A stretch of 64,000 nt of DNA from Ascidiella aspersa (Eukaryota). Below are positions 63,747-64,000 of the stretch, piece by piece. Location of the stretch: NCBI GenBank assembly GCA_963924565.1, contig OZ004614.1:11470001-11534000 (forward strand), written 5' to 3'. The position numbers and the translations under genes are program-made. The notes beneath the pieces were generated by a model, which made no database searches, was not told the DNA's origin, and saw only the letters and a list, made by a program, of their open reading frames with translations. Within the stretch, counting starts at the first letter, position 1; each line of letters starts with the position of its first letter.

Positions 63747-64000
63747 CAGAGGTGTGACACATACGGCCCGCGGCACCTATTTTTGTGGCCTGTACAAACT
63801 TTGTTAAGTTTTCCTTGTTTTTTGTTGCTTTTAAATGGATCTGTGGGATTTCGACTTCGTGTTTAGCCACATTCATTACAGATATTACACTGCCATCGAA
63901 TTCGGTCTAATGTGGCTATTACACGTTTTAGCGCGCAAATAGCGAAGCTGACAACAGTGTAAGATGTAAAAAAAATATGATGTATTGACAATTGAACTAA
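63747..64000. mobile_element. Left end of a Buster/Charlie-type MITE running off the window
   Basis: ATTTAGGT (nnnTAnnn) followed by CAGAGGTGTGACACATACGGCCCGCGG. Confidence 0.55.

Overview
Eukaryotic (animal) genomic DNA, AT-rich and intron-containing. An invertebrate chordate such as an ascidian is my guess from gene architecture and repeat types, not a proven assignment. All host protein-coding genes I could reconstruct lie on the minus strand. (1) A 5-coding-exon Pim-family Ser/Thr kinase (48963..33337, about 904 aa) with a roughly 560-aa disordered N-terminal extension, an 11.3-kb first coding intron and a long AU-rich 3' UTR. (2) An 8-exon, 343-aa gene largely missed by the ORF track (21828..13410), with an 'RPSSINRRNKPHP' motif suggestive of TEX26-like ciliary/sperm microtubule inner proteins; it hosts an antisense tRNA-Leu(TAA) in intron 2. 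(3) A divergent multi-pass, GPCR-like membrane protein gene (8873..~4537). (4) Possibly the 5' end of a fourth gene at the left edge. The 6-31 kb interval is crowded with hAT-type MITEs (several with perfect 8-bp TSDs, some nested), one near-intact but pseudogenised Buster/GTF2IRD2-type hAT transposon, and a 5'-truncated L1/Tx1 LINE with a 14-bp TSD. The ~31 kb around the Pim gene is CpG-richer and nearly free of recognisable transposons, consistent with a large regulatory domain. I found no prokaryote-style system (CRISPR, operon etc.). The most novel-looking candidate is the Pim kinase with a chromatin/SUMO-motif-rich N-terminus and a possible P-loop-less alternative isoform.
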